From positions 1-56,559 of the forward strand of contig JAGORG010000006.1 of assembly GCA_018062965.1 (NCBI GenBank): 56,559 bases of DNA, written 5' to 3'. Position 1 is the first letter of the stretch, and each line of letters opens with the position of its first letter. Positions 45,759 to 54,766 of this stretch are shown here, one piece after another. This stretch comes from Minisyncoccota bacterium. Lineage in GTDB: Bacteria; Patescibacteriota; Minisyncoccia; Phycocordibacterales; UBA5272. The translations under genes were made by a program, and so were the position numbers. The notes under the pieces are model-generated. The model saw nothing but the letters and a program-made list of their open reading frames with translations, searched no databases and was not told the origin of the DNA.

Positions 45759-47015
45759 TTATTGCAAACAAACCCCTCTAAAAACTTCTGGCAAGTAGCT
45801 GCAGTACTGTGCTCTGTCTTTTTTATTAGTAACCACTGCGCGTAGTCGGTCGTTAACCAGGTTAAAGCATGTATTTGCGTAACTTGAAGGAACGCTCGAA
45901 CATAAGGTAACACCTCGAGGTGTAAACTTTGGAGAGTTATAAATGAGAGAAGAAATAAGAACCTGAGTACATGAATCGTACAGCTTCATATCTTGTAGGT
46001 AATAGGCACACAATGAGGTTAGTTTTGAGGGTGTGTCAAAGCCTGGATATACAGCCATCGCTATAACACCCTTTGAATAACAGTCTCTATCAAACTCACT
46101 TGTCTGTGCTTTTGAACAGTTCTTAAAAATAATATCAGGTACGTATCCATACGCATGTGCGTACATTTCTGCCATCTCTGTCCAGCATGCTTTTGCCATA
46201 ACACCTTCCGTTTTTAAACAAAACCCTTCAATTTTATTAAAGTAGTCTTTGTCGAGCTTCGGGAGGGGGAACATTCCATGTTCTGCAAGGATTAGTTTTT
46301 GGTGATCTTCCATAAAAATACCATCGTAACAATTAAAATGCCACTCCTGGCGTAGGTCTTTACACAACAGAAGAGCTTCTTCTAGATTACCAAATGTATT
46401 TATCAAAAAAACGTGTCCAACAAAGTGAACACATGTTCTTTTTCTGTACTCATTGTTCCCTTGACCGCAAATTTTGTTCGTAAAATCGCCGTCAATTGGT
46501 ATCTCTGGGTTAGCTGTTGCATAAGCTTCTAGCACACCATGCAAAAAACCACTCCCGCAAGCATTTACGTTGACTGACTCAATCAACTTGTAGAAGTCAC
46601 CAGGGTTTCTTCTGTATGCTTCACTTGCCATGTTGTGTGCAATCACGTGGCAGCTTTTTGCAAAGTCGTCTGTATCTTGTAGCGCTAAAAGAATAGCTTC
46701 ACCATTTGCGAGGCCGTACATCCTTACTGCTTTTCTCAGTTCAAATTTATAGCAGTCTTGCTTCTTGTTACCGTCTGGAGTGGAACACTCTTCTTTGATT
46801 GAAGTTGCTAATTCTGCAGCTTTTGTTTTTGTTATGCTAACTTTGTCATTTTTATAAATAATTTTAGTAAAGTTCGTACCTACATAGAGCGCTACGCTAA
46901 CACTAAAGAACACAAAAAGAACTGTGTATATAATCTTTGCTTTCTTCGAAGAGAGGTTCTTTTTTTGTACAACTAGCTTTAGCTTTGCAATCGCGCTCCG
47001 TATAGTTTGTTTCAT
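45759..47015 (-). CDS. membrane-anchored Cys-rich helical-repeat protein, paralog A
   Basis: 418 aa. N-terminal TM, then CHVIAH, FLHGVLEAY, CVHFVGH, CYDGIFMEDH and CWTEMAE motifs. Confidence 0.75.
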   Translation of the reverse strand: MKQTIRSAIAKLKLVVQKKNLSSKKAKIIYTVLFVFFSVSVALYVGTNFTKIIYKNDKVSITKTKAAELATSIKEECSTPDGNKKQDCYKFELRKAVRMYGLANGEAILLALQDTDDFAKSCHVIAHNMASEAYRRNPGDFYKLIESVNVNACGSGFLHGVLEAYATANPEIPIDGDFTNKICGQGNNEYRKRTCVHFVGHVFLINTFGNLEEALLLCKDLRQEWHFNCYDGIFMEDHQKLILAEHGMFPLPKLDKDYFNKIEGFCLKTEGVMAKACWTEMAEMYAHAYGYVPDIIFKNCSKAQTSEFDRDCYSKGVIAMAVYPGFDTPSKLTSLCAYYLQDMKLYDSCTQVLISSLIYNSPKFTPRGVTLCSSVPSSYANTCFNLVNDRLRAVVTNKKDRAQYCSYLPEVFRGVCLQ

Positions 47016-47030
47016 ATTCTGCGGTTGCTG

Positions 47031-48095
47031 CTACTGCTCTAATTCGTCAGTCACGAGTACATTTACTTGTTGAGATTGTGAAAGGTTCCCGCAGCGAAGA
47101 TTAAAGGTCGTAGAGTACTCAACAGGGACTGTTTTCTTTCCTTTTGCGTGCGTTGTACTATACGCAGACTGTGTGAGTGCAGCTATCATTGTACGAGTTG
47201 TACCATTGCGTAGCCAGTAAGGGTCATTCACATCAGTGGATCCATTTGTAAGTGTGTTGTTTAGTGTTGCTACAGCTGCGTCACGCGGCGCTTTACATGT
47301 AGTTACGTCACACAAAGCAGGGTAGAGGGCTATAGCACGTAGTCTGCAGGTGCTTGTTGCAACTTCTAAATCCCACGTAAGAGCAGTAGACCCTCCGCGT
47401 TTAATAGACCGCGGACTTGCGGTGAGCGTTCCAAGTTGGGTTGCGAATATGTCACTATCCACTACAAGGCTTGCTGGACTGCTATTTGTTGAGTTGTAAC
47501 GACAGTACACAGTGTACACATCTTCACCGCCTAAACCTCCTGTTGTAACAGGGGAGCCAGAATATGTGCCAGAATACACGATAGTGTTGTTACTTCTGCG
47601 TACCTGATAGTTAGTAGAGTTTGTACATGTGATGGTCACAGTTACATCGTTTACATTTGAACCTTGAAGAACTGCGCTTCCAACATATGGAGTCGGGTCG
47701 TAGGTTTCGTATGACTCATATGAGTTATATGTGTTATATGTATTGTACGTATTATATGCTTCGTACGTATTATAGGTGTTATATGTATTGTACGTATTAT
47801 AGGTGTTATATGTATTGTACGTATTATAGGTGTTATATGTATTGTATTCCTCATACGTCTCGTATGTTTCAACTGCTGGGATGCTTTCTCCAGATGCAGG
47901 CACCACTGAACCAGCCTTTTTGCCCAATACAGAATGTTCAGCAATTGAAAGTTCAGAAGTGTAAGGAGTGGCACCTCTTGTTATTAAGAAGATTCCAATT
48001 AACAAGAGTAGTGCAGTGGAAAAGGTTATTGTACTTGGTCTAAAAAACTTTTTTTTACCAAGAAGATGTTTTATTTTTGTATGAATATGTTTCAT
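47031..48095 (-). CDS. membrane-anchored protein with (Y-N-T)n tandem repeat and beta-rich C-terminal region
   Basis: 354 aa. TM near the N-terminus, then ETYETYEEYNTYNTYNT...SYESYETYD tract. Confidence 0.7.
   Translation of the reverse strand: MKHIHTKIKHLLGKKKFFRPSTITFSTALLLLIGIFLITRGATPYTSELSIAEHSVLGKKAGSVVPASGESIPAVETYETYEEYNTYNTYNTYNTYNTYNTYNTYNTYNTYEAYNTYNTYNTYNSYESYETYDPTPYVGSAVLQGSNVNDVTVTITCTNSTNYQVRRSNNTIVYSGTYSGSPVTTGGLGGEDVYTVYCRYNSTNSSPASLVVDSDIFATQLGTLTASPRSIKRGGSTALTWDLEVATSTCRLRAIALYPALCDVTTCKAPRDAAVATLNNTLTNGSTDVNDPYWLRNGTTRTMIAALTQSAYSTTHAKGKKTVPVEYSTTFNLRCGNLSQSQQVNVLVTDELEQ
47699..47872. repeat. 9-bp periodic coding tandem repeat containing three 27-bp units
   Basis: gtattataggtgttatatgtattgtac at 47767-47793 and 47794-47820, and nearly identical at 47821-47847. 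Degenerate 9-mers flank these. Confidence 0.9.
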
Positions 48096-48166
48096 AGATG
48101 TATCTACCTACCATTATTTAAGCAGTGTATCATGCGTAAAACTAAGATGGTTACCTTGTGCACACT

Positions 48167-48883
48167 TTAGTTAGCCATTTTTTCTTCAACTAGCCTAAGA
48201 TTACTCTCGATAGATTTCTTTGCCGCCCTCAACCCTTGCCCATACACCCTCGGATCATTCCCAGGGTACACCTTACCCCACTCTTTTTCTGTTAGTTTAT
48301 CGGCGGCTACTTTTGCGTAATCAAATGCTACCTTTGCTTCCTTGTACTTTTTCTTATTCATAAGCATTACACCATAGGTGTTTTGTACCCAAGCATTATC
48401 GGTTAGGTGAGTGACAGGGGTTATTGTCTCTAGTGCTGCATCTATATCTCCTATTCTAAACTCAAGCCACGCTTTATCGTTCCTTGCCGCCCAGCTTTCT
48501 GGTTTCCATTCGATGAATTTAGCGAATGCTTCTATGGCTTTTTCTTCTTTGTTCATATACCCGTAAGTAAGTCCAAGCATGTACTGGGCCCTTATATTTT
48601 CAGGGTAGAGGGCCACCTCTTTATTTATTTCTTCTATGGCCCCCTGAAGTTGACCTTTGATAAAATATGTTCTCCCAAGCTGGTAGTGCGCAAACTTCAA
48701 AGCCTTACCAGTCGGAGGATATGAAGCTTGTATAAAGAAAAAATTTGCTAGGTTTAGATTGTAAAGATAAGGAATTTTACCAAAAAATAAGTTACCAGTT
48801 AAAAGATTTAAGAAAGAATAAAATATAATAAAAGAAACAAATGAAGTTGAAACAAAAAACATTTTTAAGTGTGTCATTGACAT
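48167..48883 (-). CDS. TPR-repeat protein with N-terminal TM
   Basis: 238 aa with several 34-aa TPR-like units (YQLGRTYFIKGQLQGAIEE..., YMLGLTYGYMNKEEKAIEAF...). Confidence 0.7.
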   Translation of the reverse strand: MSMTHLKMFFVSTSFVSFIIFYSFLNLLTGNLFFGKIPYLYNLNLANFFFIQASYPPTGKALKFAHYQLGRTYFIKGQLQGAIEEINKEVALYPENIRAQYMLGLTYGYMNKEEKAIEAFAKFIEWKPESWAARNDKAWLEFRIGDIDAALETITPVTHLTDNAWVQNTYGVMLMNKKKYKEAKVAFDYAKVAADKLTEKEWGKVYPGNDPRVYGQGLRAAKKSIESNLRLVEEKMAN

Positions 48884-48885
48884 AA

Positions 48886-50349
48886 TTATTTACTAACGAA
48901 TAATTTAAGTACACGTAGTATTGTGGATATCCATAAAATCCAGTATAAGATATAAAAAATAGTTATGTGACGAATTATGTTTTTCTGAAGCCAACTTGTT
49001 TCGATGGGTTGACTTGTTGAAAGAGAAGAGGGGTAGAGGTATTGTCCAGCTCTAGTATAAGAGCTGTCAACACCATCAGAAGCAAGGTATATATTTTTAT
49101 AAGGTAGTCCTGTGGCAGTTGCTTCACTTTCCAGTTTTATCCAGGAATTATGAACAAAAGGTTTGTATACAAGTTTACATAAATCGGGCTCGTCAATGAT
49201 TTTTTGAAAACTGTTACCATTTATTGAATGTTCAAACTCCCAGGCGTATTTTTCATCACCCTTTAAACAAAACTGCTTCTGGTACATTTTTAAGTATACG
49301 TAAGGGTCACATCTATTTCGGGCATCATAGCTAAAGCGTGTGTGGATAATTTTGTTGAAAGTAACAGTGCTAATACATTGGTGATTTGCTTCAAACATAA
49401 ATAAACCGTAGTTATTTCCCTCTAGTGTTATTTTTTGATCACCAGGTATTTTTATTGCCACAAACTGTAATATAAATAGAATTATAATTATTAAAAAAAA
49501 GCTGTAGCTGCGCTCTTTTTTTAAAGATGAAATAATATTTTTTTCCTTGTCGATACCTACTCCAAATATTATCAATAGTGAAAATAATGAAGTGAACGGG
49601 TAACGAAAACCAACTAATATTGCAGAATAAATATGAAAAAATATGAAAAAATAGATTGCCAAAGTAGATATTTTTGAGTTCTTGCTTAATAAAAACCAAC
49701 CCCCCAACATTTGCATTAGGATGACAATATTTGTTGCCGCGGGAATTAAGATGAACGGGATAAGAGGGAGTCCGTAATATAGCGATGAAAAATAGGTGCC
49801 AGCAATCCAGCCTTCATGTATTTTAATAGTGGAAGCAAGAAAATAAAGGATAACAAAAGTTACTTTAATCAACTCTCTTCGGGAGGGGTATATTAAAAAG
49901 ATTAAGATTAAGACTAAGTCGTAGTAGTCATAGTTGCCTAATCCGTAGTTTAGTAAACAGATTAAGATTTTTACAGTAAATAAAATCCATAAAATTATAT
50001 GGGCGTAGTAGTACTTTTTTTTGTAAAGAAAAATAACCCCCATGGTTATTAGGCTAAAAATGATAGTAAATAACAAAGACTCTTTATAGCTATAAGGTAA
50101 GGGTGTAATATTAAAAAAAGTTTTACAGCTTTGAAAATGAGGGAAACAAGGTAAAGAAGAAATTTTGCTTAGCAGACCTTCACCTGCGTAGCTGTTAAAA
50201 GAGATTAAACATATAAAAAAAGCCCAGTATGCAAATATAGGTGCAAATTTATTTTCTAGGTATGAATTTTGGATTAGGGTGGGCTTTGCTTCTAAATTAA
50301 AAAAAGTTTTTAATTTAGAAGCAAATAGTATAGGGTTCTCTTTTTTCAC
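48886..50349 (-). CDS. polytopic membrane protein, HTTM (vitamin-K-dependent-carboxylase-like) family candidate
   Basis: 487 aa. ILYFLASTIKIHEGWIAGTYF and GNNYGLFMFEAN resemble HTTM-family motifs as I remember them. GTG start lies 10 nt after TATACT. Confidence 0.6.
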   Translation of the reverse strand: MKKENPILFASKLKTFFNLEAKPTLIQNSYLENKFAPIFAYWAFFICLISFNSYAGEGLLSKISSLPCFPHFQSCKTFFNITPLPYSYKESLLFTIIFSLITMGVIFLYKKKYYYAHIILWILFTVKILICLLNYGLGNYDYYDLVLILIFLIYPSRRELIKVTFVILYFLASTIKIHEGWIAGTYFSSLYYGLPLIPFILIPAATNIVILMQMLGGWFLLSKNSKISTLAIYFFIFFHIYSAILVGFRYPFTSLFSLLIIFGVGIDKEKNIISSLKKERSYSFFLIIIILFILQFVAIKIPGDQKITLEGNNYGLFMFEANHQCISTVTFNKIIHTRFSYDARNRCDPYVYLKMYQKQFCLKGDEKYAWEFEHSINGNSFQKIIDEPDLCKLVYKPFVHNSWIKLESEATATGLPYKNIYLASDGVDSSYTRAGQYLYPSSLSTSQPIETSWLQKNIIRHITIFYILYWILWISTILRVLKLFVSK

Positions 50350-50468
50350 TTTAGAGTAGTATAACTCACTCAGTAGTCCCTTATCTTCAATACAGGGACA
50401 AATTCAGTTATTCACTTTATTCTTGAAAGCTAAATTGCTCAAATGGTATTTCGAGGTATAATGATTTT

Positions 50469-50666
50469 ATGAATATAAATTTAAAGAAATTTAAAAAAGG
50501 ACCATTGGTAGTATTGGGAATTTTTTTAACTATTCTCGTATCTAAATTTGCTGATTTTAAAGAGCTCCCTATTTCAGACGGTGATGTAATTGATTTTGTG
50601 TATGCAGAGCATCCAGATGTTCCAGAACCACCAGCTGATGGTTGTGGAGATGATGGCGGAATATAA
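50469..50666 (+). CDS. small protein: N-terminal signal/anchor and acidic Pro/Gly-rich C-terminus ending DGCGDDGGI (candidate substrate peptide)
   Basis: 65-aa ORF. TATAAT lies 7 nt upstream. First gene of the YcaO operon. Confidence 0.5.
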   Translation: MNINLKKFKKGPLVVLGIFLTILVSKFADFKELPISDGDVIDFVYAEHPDVPEPPADGCGDDGGI

Positions 50667-50677
50667 ATTATAATTCA

Positions 50678-51835
50678 ATGAAAAAACTTTATCTTTCTCT
50701 AATTTTTTTCCTGATGCTTTTCACGGTGGTTTTTGTTATAAAAACTTATTTTAAAAATTCTGCGATTGAAAGAGGGTTTTCCTCTTATTATTCAAATTTA
50801 ATTTGGGGTGTTTTTTCCGAGGTTGGCAATAGCTCTGGCACAGAAGCCTCGATAGAGTTGGTTGAAAAATTAGATAAGATTACAAAAGATGAAAACTTGA
50901 ATGAGTACGATCGGCAAGTTTTAAATCTTTTATATGTATCCCGAAAAATTACCACAGAACCCGACTGGTCTTCACCAAAAAGAAAATTACTTCAAGATGA
51001 AGCTTTCCAAGTCTATAAAAATGTAATTGATAGTGTAGATGTGGAGTTAAGTAGCACAAACAAAAGATTGTTTGGCGCAGCGGTCGCCAATTTAATTGGG
51101 GCATACCAAGGTGCTTGCTTCGACCCAGATCTCTTAAAGAATAATGTCCCGGAAAAATATAAGGTTAAATATAATGAATATCTAACTAAGAATTATACAA
51201 ACCAACAAGCAAACCAAGCAATCATACTTGACCTTTTAACAGACGCAAAAAGATTTTTGCCAACAGATAAAGCTATTGTTTCACGACAGCAGATACAAAT
51301 TTCACAGTATCTATTAAATTACGGAGGAACATTATCAGAAGAAGAAAGACAAAAATTAGTAGACATCTTAGAGTTAAATATTTCTATTTCTGGAACATTA
51401 GAAGACATAACAACCTCCAAAGCAACCACTCAAACATTCTTCTTGGCCAGTAACGCATTAGCCTTTGATGTGGCAAATAGAGCTTTTTCTGCTGGGAGCA
51501 CAACACTAAATAATTTAATAAATTCAAATTATGATACAGCTCTGTTAGCAATAAATCCCAACCAAGATCCTGGCCTCGGTTCAGTTTTTGAGAAGTGGAC
51601 AAGGGTTAATTATGCGACTTCACTTTACAATCGAAACCAGCGAGATAGTAACAAAATAGATGAGTTGTTATCTCCGATATATAGCGAGAGGGGTTCTAAT
51701 GAATCTAATATGGCTCTGTCTTACTGCTTAGGTAAAACTTCTGAAGATGCTTGGGATTATACGCGAATGAGCGTGAGTAAGATTGGTGAAAAGAATAGTA
51801 AGCTGGCTGACTATCTTAATCGTATTGCTAAGTAG
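50678..51835 (+). CDS. hypothetical membrane-anchored, predominantly helical protein
   Basis: 385-aa ORF starting 11 nt after the peptide gene. No recognisable motif. Confidence 0.7.
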   Translation: MKKLYLSLIFFLMLFTVVFVIKTYFKNSAIERGFSSYYSNLIWGVFSEVGNSSGTEASIELVEKLDKITKDENLNEYDRQVLNLLYVSRKITTEPDWSSPKRKLLQDEAFQVYKNVIDSVDVELSSTNKRLFGAAVANLIGAYQGACFDPDLLKNNVPEKYKVKYNEYLTKNYTNQQANQAIILDLLTDAKRFLPTDKAIVSRQQIQISQYLLNYGGTLSEEERQKLVDILELNISISGTLEDITTSKATTQTFFLASNALAFDVANRAFSAGSTTLNNLINSNYDTALLAINPNQDPGLGSVFEKWTRVNYATSLYNRNQRDSNKIDELLSPIYSERGSNESNMALSYCLGKTSEDAWDYTRMSVSKIGEKNSKLADYLNRIAK

Positions 51836-51867
51836 CTTACGTTTTAAAATGAGATTGATTTTTTAGT

Positions 51868-53508
51868 ATGTCTGATATTTTATTTAATCTCATAAGAGAC
51901 CATGTATATAATGAGGACCTTATACAAAAGGTGTCGCTTAACTCTTCAGATAAAAAAATAAGGTGGATTTTTAATTTTAAAAATCAGTCCCTTTCAAAAA
52001 TATTTTTAGATGAATTTTCTAAGGTTTTCTGGGGGGTATTCCCAGAGCTTGAGAATGTGCAAATTGGGGGGATGGAGGCTGGGGCTATACCTTTGGTTAC
52101 GGCTATAGCATTAAACACTTCTCAAAATATTAGCTTGAGAAGTTTTTATATACGAAAGTCTAGAAAAAAAAATGATCTTGCAAATCTTGTCGAAGGAGAG
52201 CTTCTGTCCGACGTGCCCATAATCTTGGTGGATGACATTCTTAATAAAGGTGACACGATGGAGCGTCAAGTAAAAATTTTAGAGAATTATGGACATAAAG
52301 TATCTGCAATTTTTGTTTGTTTAAGGTATAGAGATATAAAGGAGTATGAAGGATTGCTTAGTAGGGGCATAAAAATCTATTCAATCTTTGATTTGAACAG
52401 TTTTGAGAGGGTTTTGCCAGTAAAAAATATAACCCCCATTACTCCTGCGGTCTTACTAAGAAGATATGCGCAAGTATATAAGTTAAAATTAACAGAAAAA
52501 CCAAATTTGTACCTGGTCTTGCCAAAATCAGCACCACTTTTAAAAAAAGACTTACTTTACTACGCTGCCGATGACGGAATGTTCTTTTGTGTTAAGTCTG
52601 TAGATGGAGGTGTTGTTTGGTCTCGTAAAATCTTTTTTGGCTCTCGAGGTAAACGTATTTTTTCATCTCCTGAAATTTATGATGACAAGATAATATTTGG
52701 GGCGTACGATGGTAATTTGTACTGTATTAATCGTTTTACAGGTAAAACCATTTGGGTGTTTATGGATGCAGATTGGATTGGGTCATCTCCTTGTATAAAT
52801 TACACACAAGGAATTGTGTACGTCGGGCTAGAGTTTGGTTTATTTAAAAAACAAGGAGGTTTAGTTGCTATAGATATTAATACAGGGAAAGAATTATGGA
52901 AAAATTATTCTATATCAGAGTTTGTTCACGCTAGTCCAGGTTATAACACAAAAAATAATTTAGTGATATGCGGGAGCAATAACGGGTATGTCTATTCTTT
53001 TAATGCAAAGAACGGGCATATTGTGTGGGAATTCAAAACAGAAGGCGAAATAAAATATGGGGTATCTTTTACTAAAGATTTAACCATTGTTGCGTCCATG
53101 GATGGGTATGTTTACCTTCTGTACTCTGAGTCCGGGGTTCTTTATCATAAGTTTTCAGCTGAAGCTGGATTTTACTCTACGCCTTTAGTGTATGATAATA
53201 ATTTCCTGATAGCAGGCTCTTTGGATAAGAAAATTTATTGTTTTAATATACTTAATAAAGCAGTTGAATGGACGTACGAGACTAATGGAAGAATATTATC
53301 AAGTCCAACAGCTTATGAAGGAAGTGTTTACTTGGGGAGTAACGATGGTGTTTTGTACGAGCTGGATATATACACAGGTAAATTATATAGCCGTACCCAA
53401 TTCGGAGAGCGCCTAGTTAACAAAATTCAAATCGAAAGAGAAAACGGTAAAAGGGTTTTATATGTACCGACTCACGCCTGCGAACTTTATAAAATGATGG
53501 AATTATAG
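51868..53508 (+). CDS. fusion protein: type I phosphoribosyltransferase domain plus PQQ-like beta-propeller
   Basis: PRPP loop VPIILVDDILNKGDT in the N-terminal ~190 aa. The C-terminal ~330 aa carry repeated DG.(V/L)Y..(D/N)..(T/N)G...W blades. Confidence 0.75.
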   Translation: MSDILFNLIRDHVYNEDLIQKVSLNSSDKKIRWIFNFKNQSLSKIFLDEFSKVFWGVFPELENVQIGGMEAGAIPLVTAIALNTSQNISLRSFYIRKSRKKNDLANLVEGELLSDVPIILVDDILNKGDTMERQVKILENYGHKVSAIFVCLRYRDIKEYEGLLSRGIKIYSIFDLNSFERVLPVKNITPITPAVLLRRYAQVYKLKLTEKPNLYLVLPKSAPLLKKDLLYYAADDGMFFCVKSVDGGVVWSRKIFFGSRGKRIFSSPEIYDDKIIFGAYDGNLYCINRFTGKTIWVFMDADWIGSSPCINYTQGIVYVGLEFGLFKKQGGLVAIDINTGKELWKNYSISEFVHASPGYNTKNNLVICGSNNGYVYSFNAKNGHIVWEFKTEGEIKYGVSFTKDLTIVASMDGYVYLLYSESGVLYHKFSAEAGFYSTPLVYDNNFLIAGSLDKKIYCFNILNKAVEWTYETNGRILSSPTAYEGSVYLGSNDGVLYELDIYTGKLYSRTQFGERLVNKIQIERENGKRVLYVPTHACELYKMMEL

Positions 53509-53527
53509 TTTCCGCCTTCGATATTAC

Positions 53528-54766
53528 ATGGCAATTAAAAAAATAATTAATTTTCTTTTTAATAATTATAATAACAAAAGCATCTTTAAAGATAGTAAGC
53601 TAAGTGCTTTAATGTATGATTTATATCACATTAAAATCTTTGCGGGTGAAGAAAAGAATTCTTTTTTTGGGATTGTTAAATTTGGAATTTCTGCAGACTC
53701 AATAAATGTTTACTCAAGTTCAGTAAAGATAAACATTATAAAAAATGATAATTATAAAATGAAAGGGCTGGGGGAGTTCTTGGAAAGATTTTCCGCGAAG
53801 CTTCCACTTGACCAAACGTTAAGCCAAAGCAAAGTGTTCTCGTGGAGTTTACTTGGGCTCAAATTTAAATTCTCTAACAAAGAAGAATTATACTATGGAA
53901 TCAAAAGCCCAAATTCAGTAAGGGGGCACCAAAAAACAACTAACGGCTATGCTGGGCACTTTTTTTTAAAAAACGCCATATTAAATGCCTGGTTAGAATT
54001 AGTGGAGAGAGACTCATTTATGGTTTATTGGTTAAATAGTATTGCCCCTAAACAAATTTCACTTAAAGATCCTGTATTTGAATCAAATCAAAGATTAAAA
54101 GAGATTAAAAGTTACTTAAGTCACTATAAATTAAATTTAATTATTTTGGATATAACGTCAGATCTAGCCATCCCCTCAATTGCCTGCGTCCTGTACTCTC
54201 ATGAGGTTGGTAATACATATTTTGGGGTTGGTGCTTGCTCTGGCTTTAATTTTGAAGATATATTCTTATCTGCTCTTTCAGAGTCTCTGAGTGTCGCTGC
54301 GTTTACTCACAACAAAGAAAGTTCTTTGTTAATTAATACTGCTGATCCTTCAGCCAATAAAGATTATATTGATAAAAATGTAAGGTTGCTAATTTATTTA
54401 AATAAAGAAAATTTTAGTAAAATTAGTTTTTTTGTATCAAATCGGGGTACCACCAGTATAGAAAATTTAACGAGCAACCTTCCTAGGCTAGACACACTTC
54501 CTCAAAAAATGAACTATTTAAAAAATATATTTAGAAAAAGACTAAAAAGTAACAAAGATTACAATGTTTATTTTTATCGTATAAAAAATAAATTACTTAA
54601 AAAATTGGGTTATTTTGTCGTGAAGGTTACCTGCAGTGCTCTTTACCCGTTTTACTTGCGAGAAAGGTATATAAATTTAGAACACTCACGTCTTAAAGAA
54701 TTTACTAGGAACATGGGGTTGACTGATGAAGCAAAAGATAATTTCTGCCCACACCCCTTCCCATAA
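53528..54766 (+). CDS. YcaO-domain protein (TOMM cyclodehydratase-like)
   Basis: TTNGYAGHFFLKNAILNAWLELVERDSF matches the YcaO ATP/Mg region. C-terminus ends PHPFP (PxPxP motif). Confidence 0.8.
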   Translation: MAIKKIINFLFNNYNNKSIFKDSKLSALMYDLYHIKIFAGEEKNSFFGIVKFGISADSINVYSSSVKINIIKNDNYKMKGLGEFLERFSAKLPLDQTLSQSKVFSWSLLGLKFKFSNKEELYYGIKSPNSVRGHQKTTNGYAGHFFLKNAILNAWLELVERDSFMVYWLNSIAPKQISLKDPVFESNQRLKEIKSYLSHYKLNLIILDITSDLAIPSIACVLYSHEVGNTYFGVGACSGFNFEDIFLSALSESLSVAAFTHNKESSLLINTADPSANKDYIDKNVRLLIYLNKENFSKISFFVSNRGTTSIENLTSNLPRLDTLPQKMNYLKNIFRKRLKSNKDYNVYFYRIKNKLLKKLGYFVVKVTCSALYPFYLRERYINLEHSRLKEFTRNMGLTDEAKDNFCPHPFP

